A DNA stretch of 56,297 bases, filler included, from Bipalium vagum (Eukaryota), in NCBI GenBank assembly GCA_037834085.1. It is 3 parts of 3 records of this genome, joined end to end, with 100 filler letters (N's around TTAATTAATTAA, not from the genome) between each part and the next. Parts side by side here need not be neighbours in the genome. Positions count along the whole stretch, not along the records: positions 1 to 17,737 come from JBBMKC010053267.1; 2 more parts are not named here. One strand, written 5' to 3'. Shown here in pieces: positions 1 through 13,730 of this stretch (position 1 is the stretch's first letter; each line of letters starts with the position of its first letter). Position numbers and translations under genes: made by a program. Below the pieces are notes generated by a model. That model did not search any database. It was given only the letters and a program-made list of their open reading frames with translations, and was not told the origin of the DNA.

Positions 1-1729
1 AAAATTACAAAATCATAGTTTTTACAACGTGTTAAAATCAAAAAGTAGTCAATTTTGATACGTTGGATGTTCTAGTGATATATATATATATATTAATGAT
101 ACATAAAACATTTTGCAAATAAAAAATATTTTATTTTTCTATTATATTATATATATATAATATTCTTTGATGCATATATAATTAATGCATTATATTATAG
201 TTACATTTCGTTATTCGGTCGATTTTATTTGGTGAATGTATCGATTTGGGTGAAATTGTAAAATTATAATTCCATGAAATTGTTTTACTGAATCGATATA
301 ATATTATATTTATTAGCCAGAAACTTTATCATTATTTTGTTTTAATTATTTCTTGACTCTAATTAACGAATAATAATTGGTTTTGTAAAAATAGTAGTCT
401 ATATTCCAGAAAAAAAAACATTTTTCTTTTATTACAAAAGATCTTTTTTTATATAATTATATTTTATACTGTTTAATTTTTTTTGTTTCAATTCACTGTA
501 CGATAAGTGCATTATTTTCTCGGGATCATTATATTTTCAACTTTGATGTTTGGTATTTTTCAAATGCCATAAAAATAAATATATAATTAAGTGGTTTTAT
601 TTCGAAGCTTACGTGAGTTATCGGATAACGATCATTATCAAAGACAGACTGAAATCAATATTACTGACTTTCTTGGAGCAGTTCAATATGTCGACATTGA
701 ACAATTTCCGTACAAGTCGGCAAATGATCTTTTATAAGATCTATGGTTTTTTGTATGATCAGATCAAATTAAGTTGACTATTGTCCAATATGAAAATGAA
801 CTTTTCGTACTGAGAAAATATTAACGTGTTCGTGTTTCATTTTTACTATTATAGAATAAATAATTATGTTGAAGATTTTGTATTTTGTATTTTGATTCTG
901 ATCATGATCCATAAGACTGGATCATCATATTGGTTCGATAATCGATAGATTTTTCCAGTTTATTTTGAAAAATTGGAATCAATTTAAATCCTCTAAACAA
1001 TTATAATACGTAGATTAATTATAGAAATTGTACACTTTATAATAGCAAATATATCTATACATATTTTATATAAGAATAGAGTATTAAAAATTTTCTCGTA
1101 TTTTATATTTTATTCAAAAAAATCAAAATAAAAAATCAATTTTTTAATCACATATTTCCCTGAAAATGGATCTGTGAAAGATAGAAAATGTCCTGGTCAG
1201 AAGAAGCGTTGTAGCGCAGATATTCGTGATGATATTTGTGACCGTGTCCGTCGTAGTCCACAGACATCTCTGAGACGTCTTTCTGCTGAAACTGAATTAT
1301 CGCTAACGAGTTGTTTCAGAGTAGTACATCAAAAACTGAATTTATATCAATACAAGGTACGAGATTTACAACAGTTGCAGGATGCAGATTTTGCAAAGGG
1401 TTCCAGCAGAACATGAAAGAGGAGCAATTAACAACTTCACAGATGAAGTTTGGATCCATCTATTCAGATATTTCAATAAATAAAATTGCAGAATGTGGTC
1501 TAATAGAAATCCACAAATTTATATCTAATATTCTCTTCATCCGGTTAAAATTGGTATATGAGTTGCAACAATGCATCGCAGAATAATCGTTCCTATTTTA
1601 TATAGTGAGACATTGAACAGTGAACGCTATCTCATCGTTTTCGATGAATTTGTGAAACAATTAACAAAAGATTTCAAACGACCACATTGGTAGTTTCAAC
1701 AAGTTTTGGCTATGTGCGATACAAAAAAC

Positions 1730-2633
1730 TTGAGATCATGTTTGATTTGACCGACTTGTTCAAAAATGATACTTGATTCGAATGATCGGTCAAAAAAGAT
1801 TCTTGAAAAGAATCACAAAAAAAAACAAAAAGAAATAATTTTTTTTAAAAACAAAGATATTTAAAATCATAAATACTTAAAAACATACACAAAAAAAATT
1901 TCTCGACTGAATACTTTGGTTCCACTTTTAGATATTATTCCAAGAAATCATCATAGACGCCCTTCGTTGACACGATCTTAGTCTTCAGTTTTCTCAAAAT
2001 CGATTCAATTCTTTGCGTGTGAGTTTCCTTGTCAACAAAATTCATCTTGTGATTGATATTTTGATGAACATATTTTTAGTCAGTTGGAAATAGGGTTTCC
2101 ATTCATCACTCATTTTAACGGAGCCAAGCTCGTTCCAGTCCGTCAATTTTTCTTCGATTTTTCAAGAAAAAAATCTCACATTTTTTCCTTATTTTTGTAT
2201 AGAAATTAATAACGATAGATCTTGAAACGCCCGTGTCTTCAGTAGCTGACTTTTGTGATCTGCCCAGGGTCCAAAAATGTAATAAATGGACACATTTATT
2301 TAGAGGTATTTTGAATTTCTCAAAAAAAGGATTTTTTTTCTAATAGAAAAATATCTATTGTAATTTGTGCAATTTTTCGTATAACAACGCCATGAAACAC
2401 AATCATTATTTCTTTTTGATGTGCATTCCTTGAATATCTTGCCATGAAATCATTAATATTATTATAAATTACCTGATAGTAATAGCAGACTGTTTTCTCT
2501 TAAAAACAGAATTGCATCGGGTGAAACTGGAGTTCGGAAAAATTGAGTATTTATGTATCAATGTATAATATATAACAAGATCGGTAAAAAAAGACTTGAT
2601 GTAATAAACCGGTCAAAAATGAGACTTGATAGC
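1730..2633 (-). mobile_element. Merlin/IS1595-like DDE transposase fragment nested in the mariner
   Basis: Minus strand ~2130-1930 reads GSVKMSDEWKPY..NINHKMNFVDKETHTQRIESILRKLK, matching the Merlin SDxWxxY / VNH..NFVD / HTQxIE motifs. Boundaries approximate. Confidence 0.6.
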
Positions 2634-2874
2634 CATTTCTGTAGAAAAATACATGATTCGAAACTTGTCAAAGCAACAAATATCTCGAATCTCCGAAGAC
2701 CGATTTATTCCTAAGAATCTATCGTCGCCCAAATCACCAGATTTAACACCACATGATTACTCATTGTTCAGTGCTCCTAAGGAAAACGTTATTTCAAAGT
2801 ATCCGCAAACTTTGAATGATTTGAAACGACACATTTCTGATGTCATTGTATCAATAGCTGACGAAATATTTTAA

Positions 2875-2937
2875 AAAATTAAATTAATAATTTTGTAAAA
2901 TTAAATTAATAATTTTGTAAAATTAAATTAATAATTT
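2875..2937. repeat. 22-bp tandem repeat (AAAATTAAATTAATAATTTTGT, ~3 copies)
   Basis: Directly visible; lies within the 3' part of the mariner coding region. Confidence 0.85.
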
Positions 2938-3748
2938 TTTTATTAACATGCGCAAAAGAATTCAGTTGTGTATGCATGAAAACGATGGTCACTTTCAACA
3001 TTTACTAAGTTTCATACTTAACTTAACTTAAATGCTTTTGGTACACATTTTTTTACACATAAAACCCCTGGTTATATATGGGTGTGGATAATACACGCGA
3101 AAATACAGCATACCATTGATTTATATATACTATTCTTAACTATTGCAATCGACTAATATTAATTACATTTGTTTATGTATTATTTTTTTGATCAGTAAAC
3201 AAAATATTAGAGTGAAAACTAAAATAACCTCTAACACCTCCTAACTATCAAAAGGATAACATGATCAATAATTAGTATTAATTTGTATATATATTATAAT
3301 GATAAAAATATAATATAAATATAACATAAAAAATTGTCTTCATACTTAATAGTTTAGTAATTAGTGGAATGACGATACAGATGATAATCCAATGCTGCGA
3401 GAAGCCACCAGGTGAGGGGAAAAACATAACAAGTACCAATACATCTGGAAACCCCAGGGAAAGTCGTTATGATGTTCCCCTTAAGAAGAACAAATAATGG
3501 GACAAATCTACAACACTGTAATATGTAGTTTTTCATATTCAGCTTTGAGTATTATCAATTTGCTCTACAAATCGAAAGTACTATAAACGGTTGCATTTTA
3601 CAAATTTAAATTCCACTATGATTCGTGAAAGATGATAATATATTTTATTTAGCAATTAATTAATTTGATTTAATAAATAAAACATGTATATTTATTATAT
3701 TAACTTGACCAGTTAAAGTCTTTCATAATCTTTATCACTCATGTACAG

Positions 3749-4431
3749 TATAGTCTAAGGAAGAAATTAGGAAACACTTAAAAAGGTGATAGGTTCCTTA
3801 AAAAAATTATTTTATTTTATGTTAAGAAATATATAATTTATTTCATATCAGGACATAAAATATACAACAATACAGAGTTAATGATTTTAACGAGAATCCC
3901 AGTCATCTTTAAATTGCTGCTCATGTGATGGTATTTGTGTGGGGCTTTTATTTTATATTATTTTGACTCTATATAAAATATTTATCATATAATTTTATAC
4001 TTTATATTATTTATACAATGCCTTGGACTTTTCAATAAGGTTTATTAGTAAATGGCTGGATGGTTCAGTTTAAGATGAAATGAGACTAAGGTCCTAGACT
4101 CCAATAATTAACATAAGGGAGACTAAGTTTTAAAAAATGACGTCATATGAAGTTTGATTATTAAATATTTTCATTATTTAATGTAATAGAATTTTTAATA
4201 TTTATTATTTATTTATATTTTAATGATAGTTAATCTGATGTTTGTGTATATTACCTAATTAGTTTGTCTACGTATGATGTCTGGAGCCTGGAAATAAGGG
4301 CAAAGGTATCCTTGTCTATAAAATTCTGTATTTTTTATTTAACCTGATCACTTTTTATGGATTTGAAATAGTTCAACTCCAAAATCGTGATCGTTTTTCA
4401 AGTGTGTAGCTAATGCTTCGTTATACTTTTA
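3749..4431. mobile_element. Possible old non-autonomous TIR element (Tc1-like)
   Basis: Left TATAGTCTAAGGAAGAAATTAGGAAACACTTAAAAA versus reverse complement of right end TAAAAGTATAACGAAGCATTAGCTACACACTTGAAAAA: a degenerate inverted pair with no ORF between. Confidence 0.35.
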
Positions 4432-4455
4432 TTATTTAATAGACATTGTTATGAC

Positions 4456-4516
<61 letters not shown>
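4456..4516. repeat. (AAT)n microsatellite
   Basis: About 20 perfect AAT units. Confidence 0.97.
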
Positions 4517-4568
4517 TTTTTCTCTTATATTTTACAAATAGACTTTTAAGTAAATTTGTTTTAAACTA

Positions 4569-5697
4569 TTGGATTGTCCCTAAAGTTCATTCGGTTTTTG
4601 ATAACACAATGTGTTTAGTAACTTTTTAAGAATTTATGAATGAATAAATATAAAATAATTATGAATAAATATCAAACCGACATTATTTTTAATAACTGAG
4701 TAATTCTTACATTGTTTACATTCATTACTTCATTTAGCTTGTTTACATTTGTTTGGCGGCATTTTCAAATGGATAATAAAAAAGAACATTTAGAGAAAAT
4801 AATTCTATTTGATTTTAACAAAGGCAAAAATACAGCAATGCGCATAAAAAATTGTCAGAATTGTTATAGCAAATTTCGTTCCGAAAATTTTACAATTAAA
4901 GAAGTTATCCGTTCTGAGAGGCCAATACGAAGTTCTGATGATCGGATTTTATTGAAGTTAATCGACACGCAACACCTCGTGAAATGGCAGAGAAACTAAA
5001 AATATCCAATATCTGGGAAAGCTGAGATACGTAAAGAGACTCAGTATCTGGATTCCACATGATTTAACGGAAAATCATTTAATGCAAAATATCAATATCT
5101 GCGATATTCTGTTAAAGCATGATGAGATTAATCCATTTTTGAAGAATCTCATTACCGGTTTTGAAAAATGAATTTCGTACAAAAATGTTCAACTCAAGAG
5201 ATCAAGACCAGCGAGCTTCCTCAAACAACAGCAAAAGCTGAAACTCAGCAGAAAAAAGTTATGTTATCAGTCTGGTGGGATTATAAGGAAATTTTATATT
5301 TCGAGCACCAACCGAATGCAGTTGTCAGCAACTAGACAAATTAAAAATTCTATGTTGGAGATTTGGCTGAAATTAGCAAATTGTAGAGATGTTGTGTTCC
5401 ACCATTACAACGCAAAATCTCAAACTTTTTTGAAGAGTCTACAAAAATTAGTGGAACTTGGATGGTCCTGATATGGCACCGTCAGACTATTATCTCTTTC
5501 GTTTTCTACAAAAAGATTTAGCTGGAAGAAGTTGTATTTCAGGCGAAGATGTCAAATGGTACCTGAAATCGTTTTTCAATCAAAAGTCCAGAGATTTTAT
5601 GAAAAGGGAATCATGTTATTGCCTAAAAGATGGCACAAATTGTCGATAATAATGGAATAAAGTTTTTCTATGTGGCAGAATTTTTGGGACAATCCAA
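4569..5697 (+). mobile_element. Near full-length mariner (DD34D) transposon, pseudogenised
   Basis: TIRs TTGGATTGTCCC(T/A)AAA flanked by TA at 4567-68 and 5698-99. Motifs MDNKKEH..FNKGKN, WIPHDL (WVPHEL), LITGFEK (ITGDEK), KKVMLSVWWDY, GPDMAPSDYYLF (YSPDLAPSDY). Multiple frameshifts. Confidence 0.92.
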
Positions 5698-5740
5698 TAT
5701 CAATTCTGCGATTAAATATTTGAAAGCAGAATTAGTAATT

Positions 5741-6260
5741 ACAGTCGTAGACAATGACTTGTGCACACCTTTAAAATCGGTGCACACCTTTAAACTAATG
5801 CATTTTTAAAATTATTTCTTATTTATTCGTTTCAACTAGTTAACTAAAGTGAAAAGGCAACTAAAGAAATTATATATATAGCAATATAATTATTTTCTAA
5901 TCTTGTTTTAATAAAATATTTATTTAAAATGGATTTTAGCAAAAACACGAAAAGAGCCACAAATTTATCAGATTTTATGCGTAGAAATTTGTTGCTCCAT
6001 GGAACTACTAGGAGTTTACGGTTTATTTAAAGACCTTTAGAACAACTACAAAAAAGTTATACCCCAGAGAAGAGTAAAAGCAATAAATATGAAAGCAGTA
6101 AAATTACAAGTGATTGAGATGAACGCCATATCATACGAAATTATAAAGCTAATCGGTTATCAACTTTTTTCTAATATTTTGAATGGCGATAATATTGACT
6201 TTTCTGATTTGTACAGATATGTGCGAAGATGTATAGAATGAGGAATATGTAGAAAACCAT
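5741..6260 (+). mobile_element. Tc1-like element 5' end (fragment)
   Basis: TA-CAGTCG terminus followed by a duplicated GTGCACACCTTTAAA motif (5761-5794) and decayed coding-like sequence. Confidence 0.35.
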
Positions 6261-6829
6261 TTGAATAACAGTCTAATATATTATGTTTTATTATTTACAG
6301 TTGTTGTAAAATCAAATTATTAAAAGTAATTAACTTAGTAAATCAAAATTATTAATTACAAATTAATTTAGAACTAAAAAACCTTCAAATTTAATAATAA
6401 TATTATTATTTTATTTACTTATAAATTAATCATTAAAGAAAATTAATTAGTTTAATATTTTAAATCGATTAATTTATGTATGATAAAAATATAAATAATA
6501 TTTTTTTATTTAATAATATATAATATTTACAAATCAATATATTCGTACGTATTTAAGCTTAGAAAAATTGATATTTTTTTAAAAATGTTACACAAAATAC
6601 ATATTTTACAATTATCAATTCATATCACAATATTTGTCTTAAAACTTTAAATATTTATTTTATATTAAAACTAATTGATGAATATCTTTATTAAGTTGGA
6701 TTCGAATCACGGCATCCACGATTCTCCAGCTGCCAATAACGATGGTTCTTTAAAACAAAAATATATTTTTGTAAAATATGTCAATTATTTTACATTGAAA
6801 TTATTGGAAATTACCAGAGAGAGAGAGAG

Positions 6830-7272
6830 AGGTCAATGGTTCACCATAATTGAACATGTTACAATTTCTTTGGTGACATTTTTTATCTAATTAAGACGGA
6901 AAACTTGTAAATTAAAACGCATAAATATCGAAATCCAGATATTTCCTCTCGTCGATGTTACTCTCCTGACTTGACTAGTCACCTTTGGTCTCCGTGTTAT
7001 TTTTAATTAAGCTATTGATTAAAACAAAAAAGAAATTAAAAAATATTAAGCATAAAAATTCTATTAATAATAACATTTATTTTCCAAACTTAAAATACCA
7101 CTGTTTTCAAAAGAAATAAAAACTATACAAAAATGGCCGTTGTCTCCAAGTGATAAAACAAAACTTAATACGAATTCAACTACGTAAAATTTACCAATGA
7201 AATAAAAATGATCACACCGTGACAAATCAATAATTTTTATCTGAGATCAAAGTGCATACCATCCACCCTGTT
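6830..7272 (+). mobile_element. Decayed Tc1/mariner 3' fragment
   Basis: Reads YSPDLTSHLW at ~6958-6990; terminal CACCCTGT at ~7264-7271. Confidence 0.35.
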
Positions 7273-8087
7273 TTATAAATAATTCTATATGCTTTAAAAT
7301 ATATATATAAATAAATATATATCTACAATTGTCCATAATCTCAATACCATATTATTAACAGTGTTACCATGTATATTCGATAAAAGCAGCAAATTAAAAG
7401 AATTCACAACGAACTGGAAACATGTCCTTGATCTTCATGATATTGAAAATATATATATCTGAAAAATATAAATAAATAAAATCTAAGACAAAAACAAATA
7501 TTTGCTGAACTTGACATATTTACACATATTGTGTGAAGTTCGGTAAATAAACGTGTCTTGTTCGGACCGAAAGGATAACAATAACGTAATGAAGAGTCTA
7601 TTTGAGAACTTGATCATCAAAGGAACAAGATACAAAGCATTCAAAAGAGAACAGCGAAATATATTAATTAGAAGAGTTTTGATTTTATGAATTATTTTTC
7701 TATTTGATTGTGTGACTTTTTTTGTTTTTCTTACTTAACATTTTTCTTTTTGTAAGAATAACGATAACTAGTGATTTGTGAAAGATTTTTACGGTTCAAG
7801 AATGTTACAGTTTCTCTATTTACATATTTTCTTTTTTTTTATTTAGTAATTATATTAATTATAATTATATAATTATGTTAGTCATATTAATATTTTTATA
7901 TAACCATTATAATAATTATATAATTATATAATATTGTTATAACAACATAATTATATATTAAATATATCAAATGGTATGTGATTGCTTCTAAGCTGCAATT
8001 TGATTAAGTAAAAATATAAAATAATATTTTTAACAGATTAGCAAGAGTAAATACAATTTTAAATATTTTTGCTTTAGAGTCAGTATA

Positions 8088-8475
8088 TCAGGTAGAGTCA
8101 AAAGCTTTTCATGTTTTTAAACAAATTTACAATTTTTTTAACACAGATCACAGTAATCTTCGAAATATAGTCTATCAATTTCTATAACTTGAAGCCATCT
8201 TTCTGCCAATTGCTCAATTCCATGGCGATACCACTCAGGTTTTTTTGAGGCGAAGAATTCGTCTATTCCATTTGTAAGCTCTTCCTCGTAAAAAATGTGA
8301 GAATGAATTTATAGAGGGAATTTTATAAATTTTACTTTTAAAATTTAATTACATTTTCCTTTGCATGGGCTTTTAAATGATACCAAATGTTTTATATAAA
8401 TATTTTTATTAAATGATATGGTAAAACAGGAACTTTATATAACTAAAAACATGAATAACTTTTGACTCAACCTAA
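8088..8475 (-). mobile_element. Internally deleted mariner (~390 bp)
   Basis: ~30-bp TIRs (TCAGGTAGAGTCAAAAGCTTTTCATGTTTTT / reverse complement TTAGGTTGAGTCAAAAGTTATTCATGTTTTT) with TA on both sides. Retains the transposase C-terminus DEFFASKKPEWYRHGIEQLAERWLQVIEIDRLYFED. Confidence 0.85.
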
Positions 8476-11400
8476 TATGAAAAATCGACAATACTTTTCC
8501 CTCAACCTAATACTTAATATTTTCATTATATTTTATGGGTAACCGAAAAGTTTTCCATTATAAATAAATAAATCGTAAAGAAAAACAAAACTTTTCACTT
8601 ATTTATTAATTAATTTACTTATTTATCAAAAATTGATTTAAAATAAATATTTTGTAATTTTTAAATAAATTATATTATATTATTATAATATATCACATAT
8701 TTATATATTATATCATTATATGATATATACATATATTATTATTATTATTATTATCTCATTTCATTATAATGAACATTCATTTAGTTATTAATGGAATTAT
8801 TTTATATACAAGTTTGTTATATATTAGAAACTTTGAAAGTAAAAATAAATAAATTAAATGTTGCTTAGCTAATTTAAAATTTTGGATTTTATCTCTGTGG
8901 TGGTATTTACTTCAAAGTCAATCATTTGGAAATAAAAAATTGGACGTCTTGCTTCATTTGAAGTTCATTACGAGTGTCATTATTTATCAATCACATATAT
9001 ATCAAACCGTAATTTTAATAAATCTAATTAAAATTATTAAGAATATATAATTATTTATATATTTATTCCACGGAATGGCTAATGAATTGATACTGCAGAC
9101 AAACAAAATTATGTAGATATTGGAATAATTCTTTTAAATTAATTTTATTAAATATTATTTTCTATTAATTAAATTAATTAATATTGATAAATAATGGAAT
9201 ATTAGTATTTTATAAAATTTGAAAATTATTTAATAATAATAATAATATTATTATTATTATTTATAATGATAATAATAATAATTATTATTTTAATAAATAC
9301 TCATTGCTTTGGAATGAAATTTTCAAATATGATTTATTTCAAATTCCAAAAATGAACTACAGCTTGAAATCATGTCTGGTAGTAGAGAGAATCATTTACA
9401 GAATCCTTAAATTTATGTCTAAAATTGTCAGCTAATCATTTAACCATAACCACTTAGTAAGTTTTATTAAATTTATTCACACTGGCTTTCCTCCGCAAAG
9501 TTATAATATTTTAAAGTTTTATATCTATGAAAATTGGTTTGAAAATCAAATTATTTCAAAATAGTGAAAAATATAATATTTGGTGACTGTTTAAATATTT
9601 TATTTCTAAATTTTTGTTTTAATTAATTATTTATTTTTTTTATTTTGTTATTTTTCAGAATCTGTTTTCTAATTATTCTTTACAACATTGTACAGATTGG
9701 ATTTAATTTATAATTTTTTTTATAATCATTAACCATATTTAATAATTTTTAAATATTATTTTATTTTATTTTCAATTCACTCCCTTTATCATTTTTATTT
9801 AACTAATTCAAAATATCTAAATACTTTTAATTTTTTAAAAATATAATTATTTTTTTTCAATATTTAAGGGATTTTAAGTCATAATTTATCTTATCTAATA
9901 ATAAGGTACTTACAATTAAAAACTAAAAAAATAATATTAATTAAATAAATTGTACGGTTAAATTATAAAAGATTTTATTAATTAAACTGAATTACCTTAT
10001 GAAATAGTTTAAATAATTTAAAATAGTAATATTTTTAATTTAATTATTTTATAATTTTTTTTAATTGTTGTAATCTTATATTTTCTGTTTATTTTTAAAA
10101 TTTGTTTTAATTAATCAAAGTAAAAATGTCATTCTTTTAAATAATATATTTTTTAATTTTTAAAATTACAAAAATTCAAAGAATATTATTTAAGAAAAAT
10201 AATAGTCAAGAAAATAATAAAAAAAATTATATATAATTTTATTTCATTACAATACCTTTTATATTTAATGTAAATTGTGATATTTAATTTGGAAATTCAA
10301 CAAAAAAAATAATTCCACTTTGACTTCAATAATAATTTTTTATTATTGAATTTATAATAATAATTGCTGAAGTCTTTGAGTTGATATAATTAAATTTTCG
10401 AACTATTTTGCTCTGTAAAAAGTCATTACGAAGACGGTCACAGGTCAATAAGTAAGTTTTTTTTCCCTAAGAATTATTTTTATTTTTAACCAAAAAATAT
10501 AAAGTCGATATTTTATTTAATTTATTCTTCCAAAATAAAATTTAAATTAAGAAAAAAGTAATAAATTGTTAATTTTATCAAATTAACCGTAATTATGAAA
10601 ATAAAGCGATTTATTTGTAAAGCCATTAATTTTTGAAAAATTACTTTTTTGTCTGAACATTAAGACTGAATTTATCCGAGTTTTATTTGTTTAGCTGGAC
10701 TGGTTTAGGTGGGAGGGGGTGGCTCTTGAATTTAATTTAATGACTGCATCGGACCCATGGCTTGGTATAGGATGTATGATTTTGAGGTTCAATAATATAA
10801 CATTTGACATTGATTTATTCAGCATGAGAAATAGAATTAATTTGATATTATAGACGGAAAAGGATCTTGATACACTTTCTTTTTATAAAACTCTCTATTA
10901 TTGGAAAATATTATTCAACGTTTTTTTTCTCTCATTATTTGGCTAAATCTTCTTGAAATTCTTTTACATTTAAAACGAAAAAATGCTAATATCATTGTGC
11001 TAAATATAATAATATAAATATTTAAATATATATGTTCGTGAATCTGTAAATGTCAAAATATTATTGTTTATCGATAATATTTTTTGTTTATTAACATTAA
11101 ACCGTGCCACATTATATTGTTTATATAAATAAGAAAAATATAAGGACAATTTTAGGTCATTTTTTTAAAAAGGCGGTGAAATATTTTATGTCAATTATTA
11201 TTTATGGAAAATTTCGTTTTGTCTCTATTTATTAGACAAAAATATCGGGAAAAAAATAATATATCTTCTCTCTATTCATATAATTAAAAAATTAATAAAT
11301 AAAAATCTATATTAATTAATTTTTCGTTTATTTTCTTTGTTAATATTAAATTATCTTAATGTTTTTCCGGATATGCAAATTTTTTTTTCTTTTACAAACC

Positions 11401-11956
11401 TATAATTTAATAATAAAAAAGCAGACAATTTTTTTTTGTTTTTGATATATAAATTTATTCATTACTATGCCCAAATAGATGTAATCAAGAAAATTGGCAT
11501 CTTACTTAAAGGAGAAATATTAGATTTAGCGGACTCTGCAGCCTCCGAAAAATAAAGATGAATCAATATTGCATATTGATTATGGTCGTGTGTGTGGAAC
11601 AGTCAACGGAAAGTGAATCAGGAAAGGCTGATACAAAATTATATTAATATCTCTGGATTGTTATAAAGTATAATTATACTTGATCATCTCTCCATACAAC
11701 AAAACAAAAATATTTCTCATCTGAGATCTGTGAATTGTAACATCATATTTTTGATCTAACTGCTGGGGATCACAGTTAACGAAATGAATATATTATTCCA
11801 TATATTTGTTGATTTGCAAAGATTTTCCAATGATTAATTTTTTATTTTTATTTATATAATAAAGCAGACTTTTACAATTAAATCAGATCGAAAAATGCTA
11901 TCCAATATTATTATTTATCAATAATATATTTTTTTTTTATTAATATTTGTTTAATT

Positions 11957-12520
11957 TTAATAAAATTTATTTTATTTTATTTTATTCGTTTAATTAATTT
12001 TTTACTCTTGATATTTTATGTTATATATATTTTTTATTATTTATAAAATATTTTATGTTATTATTGATTAATAAAATAATTTTATTAATATTTATTAAAT
12101 TTAATAAAATTTATTTTATTTTATTAAATTTATTAAATCATTTTTTGTCCTTAATCTTTTGTTATATATTATTTATTATATAATAAATTATATTATTTAT
12201 TGTTATTTATTATATTATTACTATATATTATAATAATATATTATTATTTATTATATTATTTATTATGTTATATAATAATTTTTAATAAAATTTATTTTAT
12301 TTTATTCATTTAATTAAAAATTTTTTACCAGAGATATTTTAGATTTTATATAACATTTTTTATTATTTATATAATATTTTATATAATTTTATGTATTAAT
12401 AAAATAATTTTATTTATATATAAATATTGAAGTTAATAATATTAATTTTTTTCATGTTATTTAATTCATTTAATTAATTTTTTACCCTTGATATTTTAGA
12501 TGATATAGATTATTTTTTCA
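11957..12520. repeat. Degenerate AT-rich direct repeats (~3 copies)
   Basis: Motif TTTATTC(G/A)TTTAATTAA..TTTTTAC....GATATTTTA recurs at ~11981, ~12301 and ~12463. Confidence 0.55.
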
Positions 12521-13299
12521 TATTACAAAAATTGAATTACAGATTTTATTATAATTATAATTAAAGAAAAATCATGAAAAAACATACAAAATCATTAGTG
12601 TATCTTGTTGATTCTATTAGAAATAGAAAAATGAAAATTCTAATATTTTTGGATAAATATTAATAAGATTTCTGGTTTAATAAAATATAAAAAATTATCA
12701 TTTTTATCTAAAGTATAAATTAGAATTCTTCCCAAAATCCTAATACAAATTACGATATGTAAATTGCCTTAAACGTAATATTTTAGCCCAGGAGCTTCTA
12801 ATACAAACAAAAAATAATTATATATAATAAATAAATATATAGAATTATAATATCTAGGAAAATAAAAGGATACATAATATTTATTCCTCATTTTCATGAA
12901 ATATTATATCAATAATGTACTGCACCGTTGAGAGTTATCTAAATTTTTATATTTTTCAAAAAAAATACAAAAATAAATCATTTTATTTTGACTTTCTTAT
13001 ACGTAATTTTATTTCATTTATAATAATTAAAAACATCTTCATTATAATGCTTCATAGTCTCCCATTGTTTGGCTGAAATAATACGACTTTGCGTAAACAG
13101 TTTAAATTATTATATAAAATAATTCTATTGGGCTCAAAATATAACACATAAAAATTTACATACGTGTGTGTACGTGTGTGTCTTATCGTTGTAAAATTAA
13201 ATGTCAAAAACGGTAATTTCTTTTTCCCCAACCTAATATATAAAACAAAAATATATTACTAATATTTTAGAAAATCCATAATTGATTTTGGGAATTTCA

Positions 13300-13730
13300 A
13301 TTAGCGAAACCCTTAAAGAATATGATAAAAAGGAAAGAATAGGAAAACCCTAAAATAAAAATCTATTACTGATAGTAATGAAAAATTCGATGTCAGGAGA
13401 TCACGGCATCTATCTTTCATCAATTCACATATTTACTCAATATGTCACGTCTCGCTCATAAAACTCACTTAAAATTGGGCATGTTAGACAAATTGCAAAT
13501 ATCATATAGAAGTAAAGGTATTGGTGAGTACAGTTTCTATATCCCGCACGAAACAAGTTAAAAGAGTTTCAGATCGAAAAATGATACGCGAAGAACTGTT
13601 TCATCTAAGTGAGGTGATCTAACTTTCATGCGAATGGTTTTCTGGTTTGATGATGATGAAGTTTCTTATTTCTCATTGTGCAAACTACCAAACCTGAATA
13701 ATATGGGGTTTTGAAAATCCTAAAATACAA
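13300..13730 (+). mobile_element. Heavily decayed Tc1/mariner-like fragment
   Basis: Reads VFWFDDDE..NYQT*IIWGFENP, resembling the NxQNxRxWGxENP motif after the first catalytic D. Confidence 0.35.

Larger units (their letters stand above)
1150..3070 (+). mobile_element. Degenerate Tc1/mariner-superfamily transposon, interrupted by a Merlin-like insertion
   Basis: Frameshifted translation gives GSVKDRK..RRSPQTSLRRLSAETELS..HQKLNLYQYKV (HTH region), then DEVWIH, ETLNSERYL and FQQ. After the insertion: SPKSPDLTPHDYSLF..YPQTLNDLKRHI..RKRIQLCMHENDGHFQHLL. Ends in CCCCTG at ~3070. Left boundary approximate. Confidence 0.75.

Noticed and set aside
500-980. Coding-like stretch and ORF 550-777
   Set aside because: No recognisable motif or splice-consistent partner exons.
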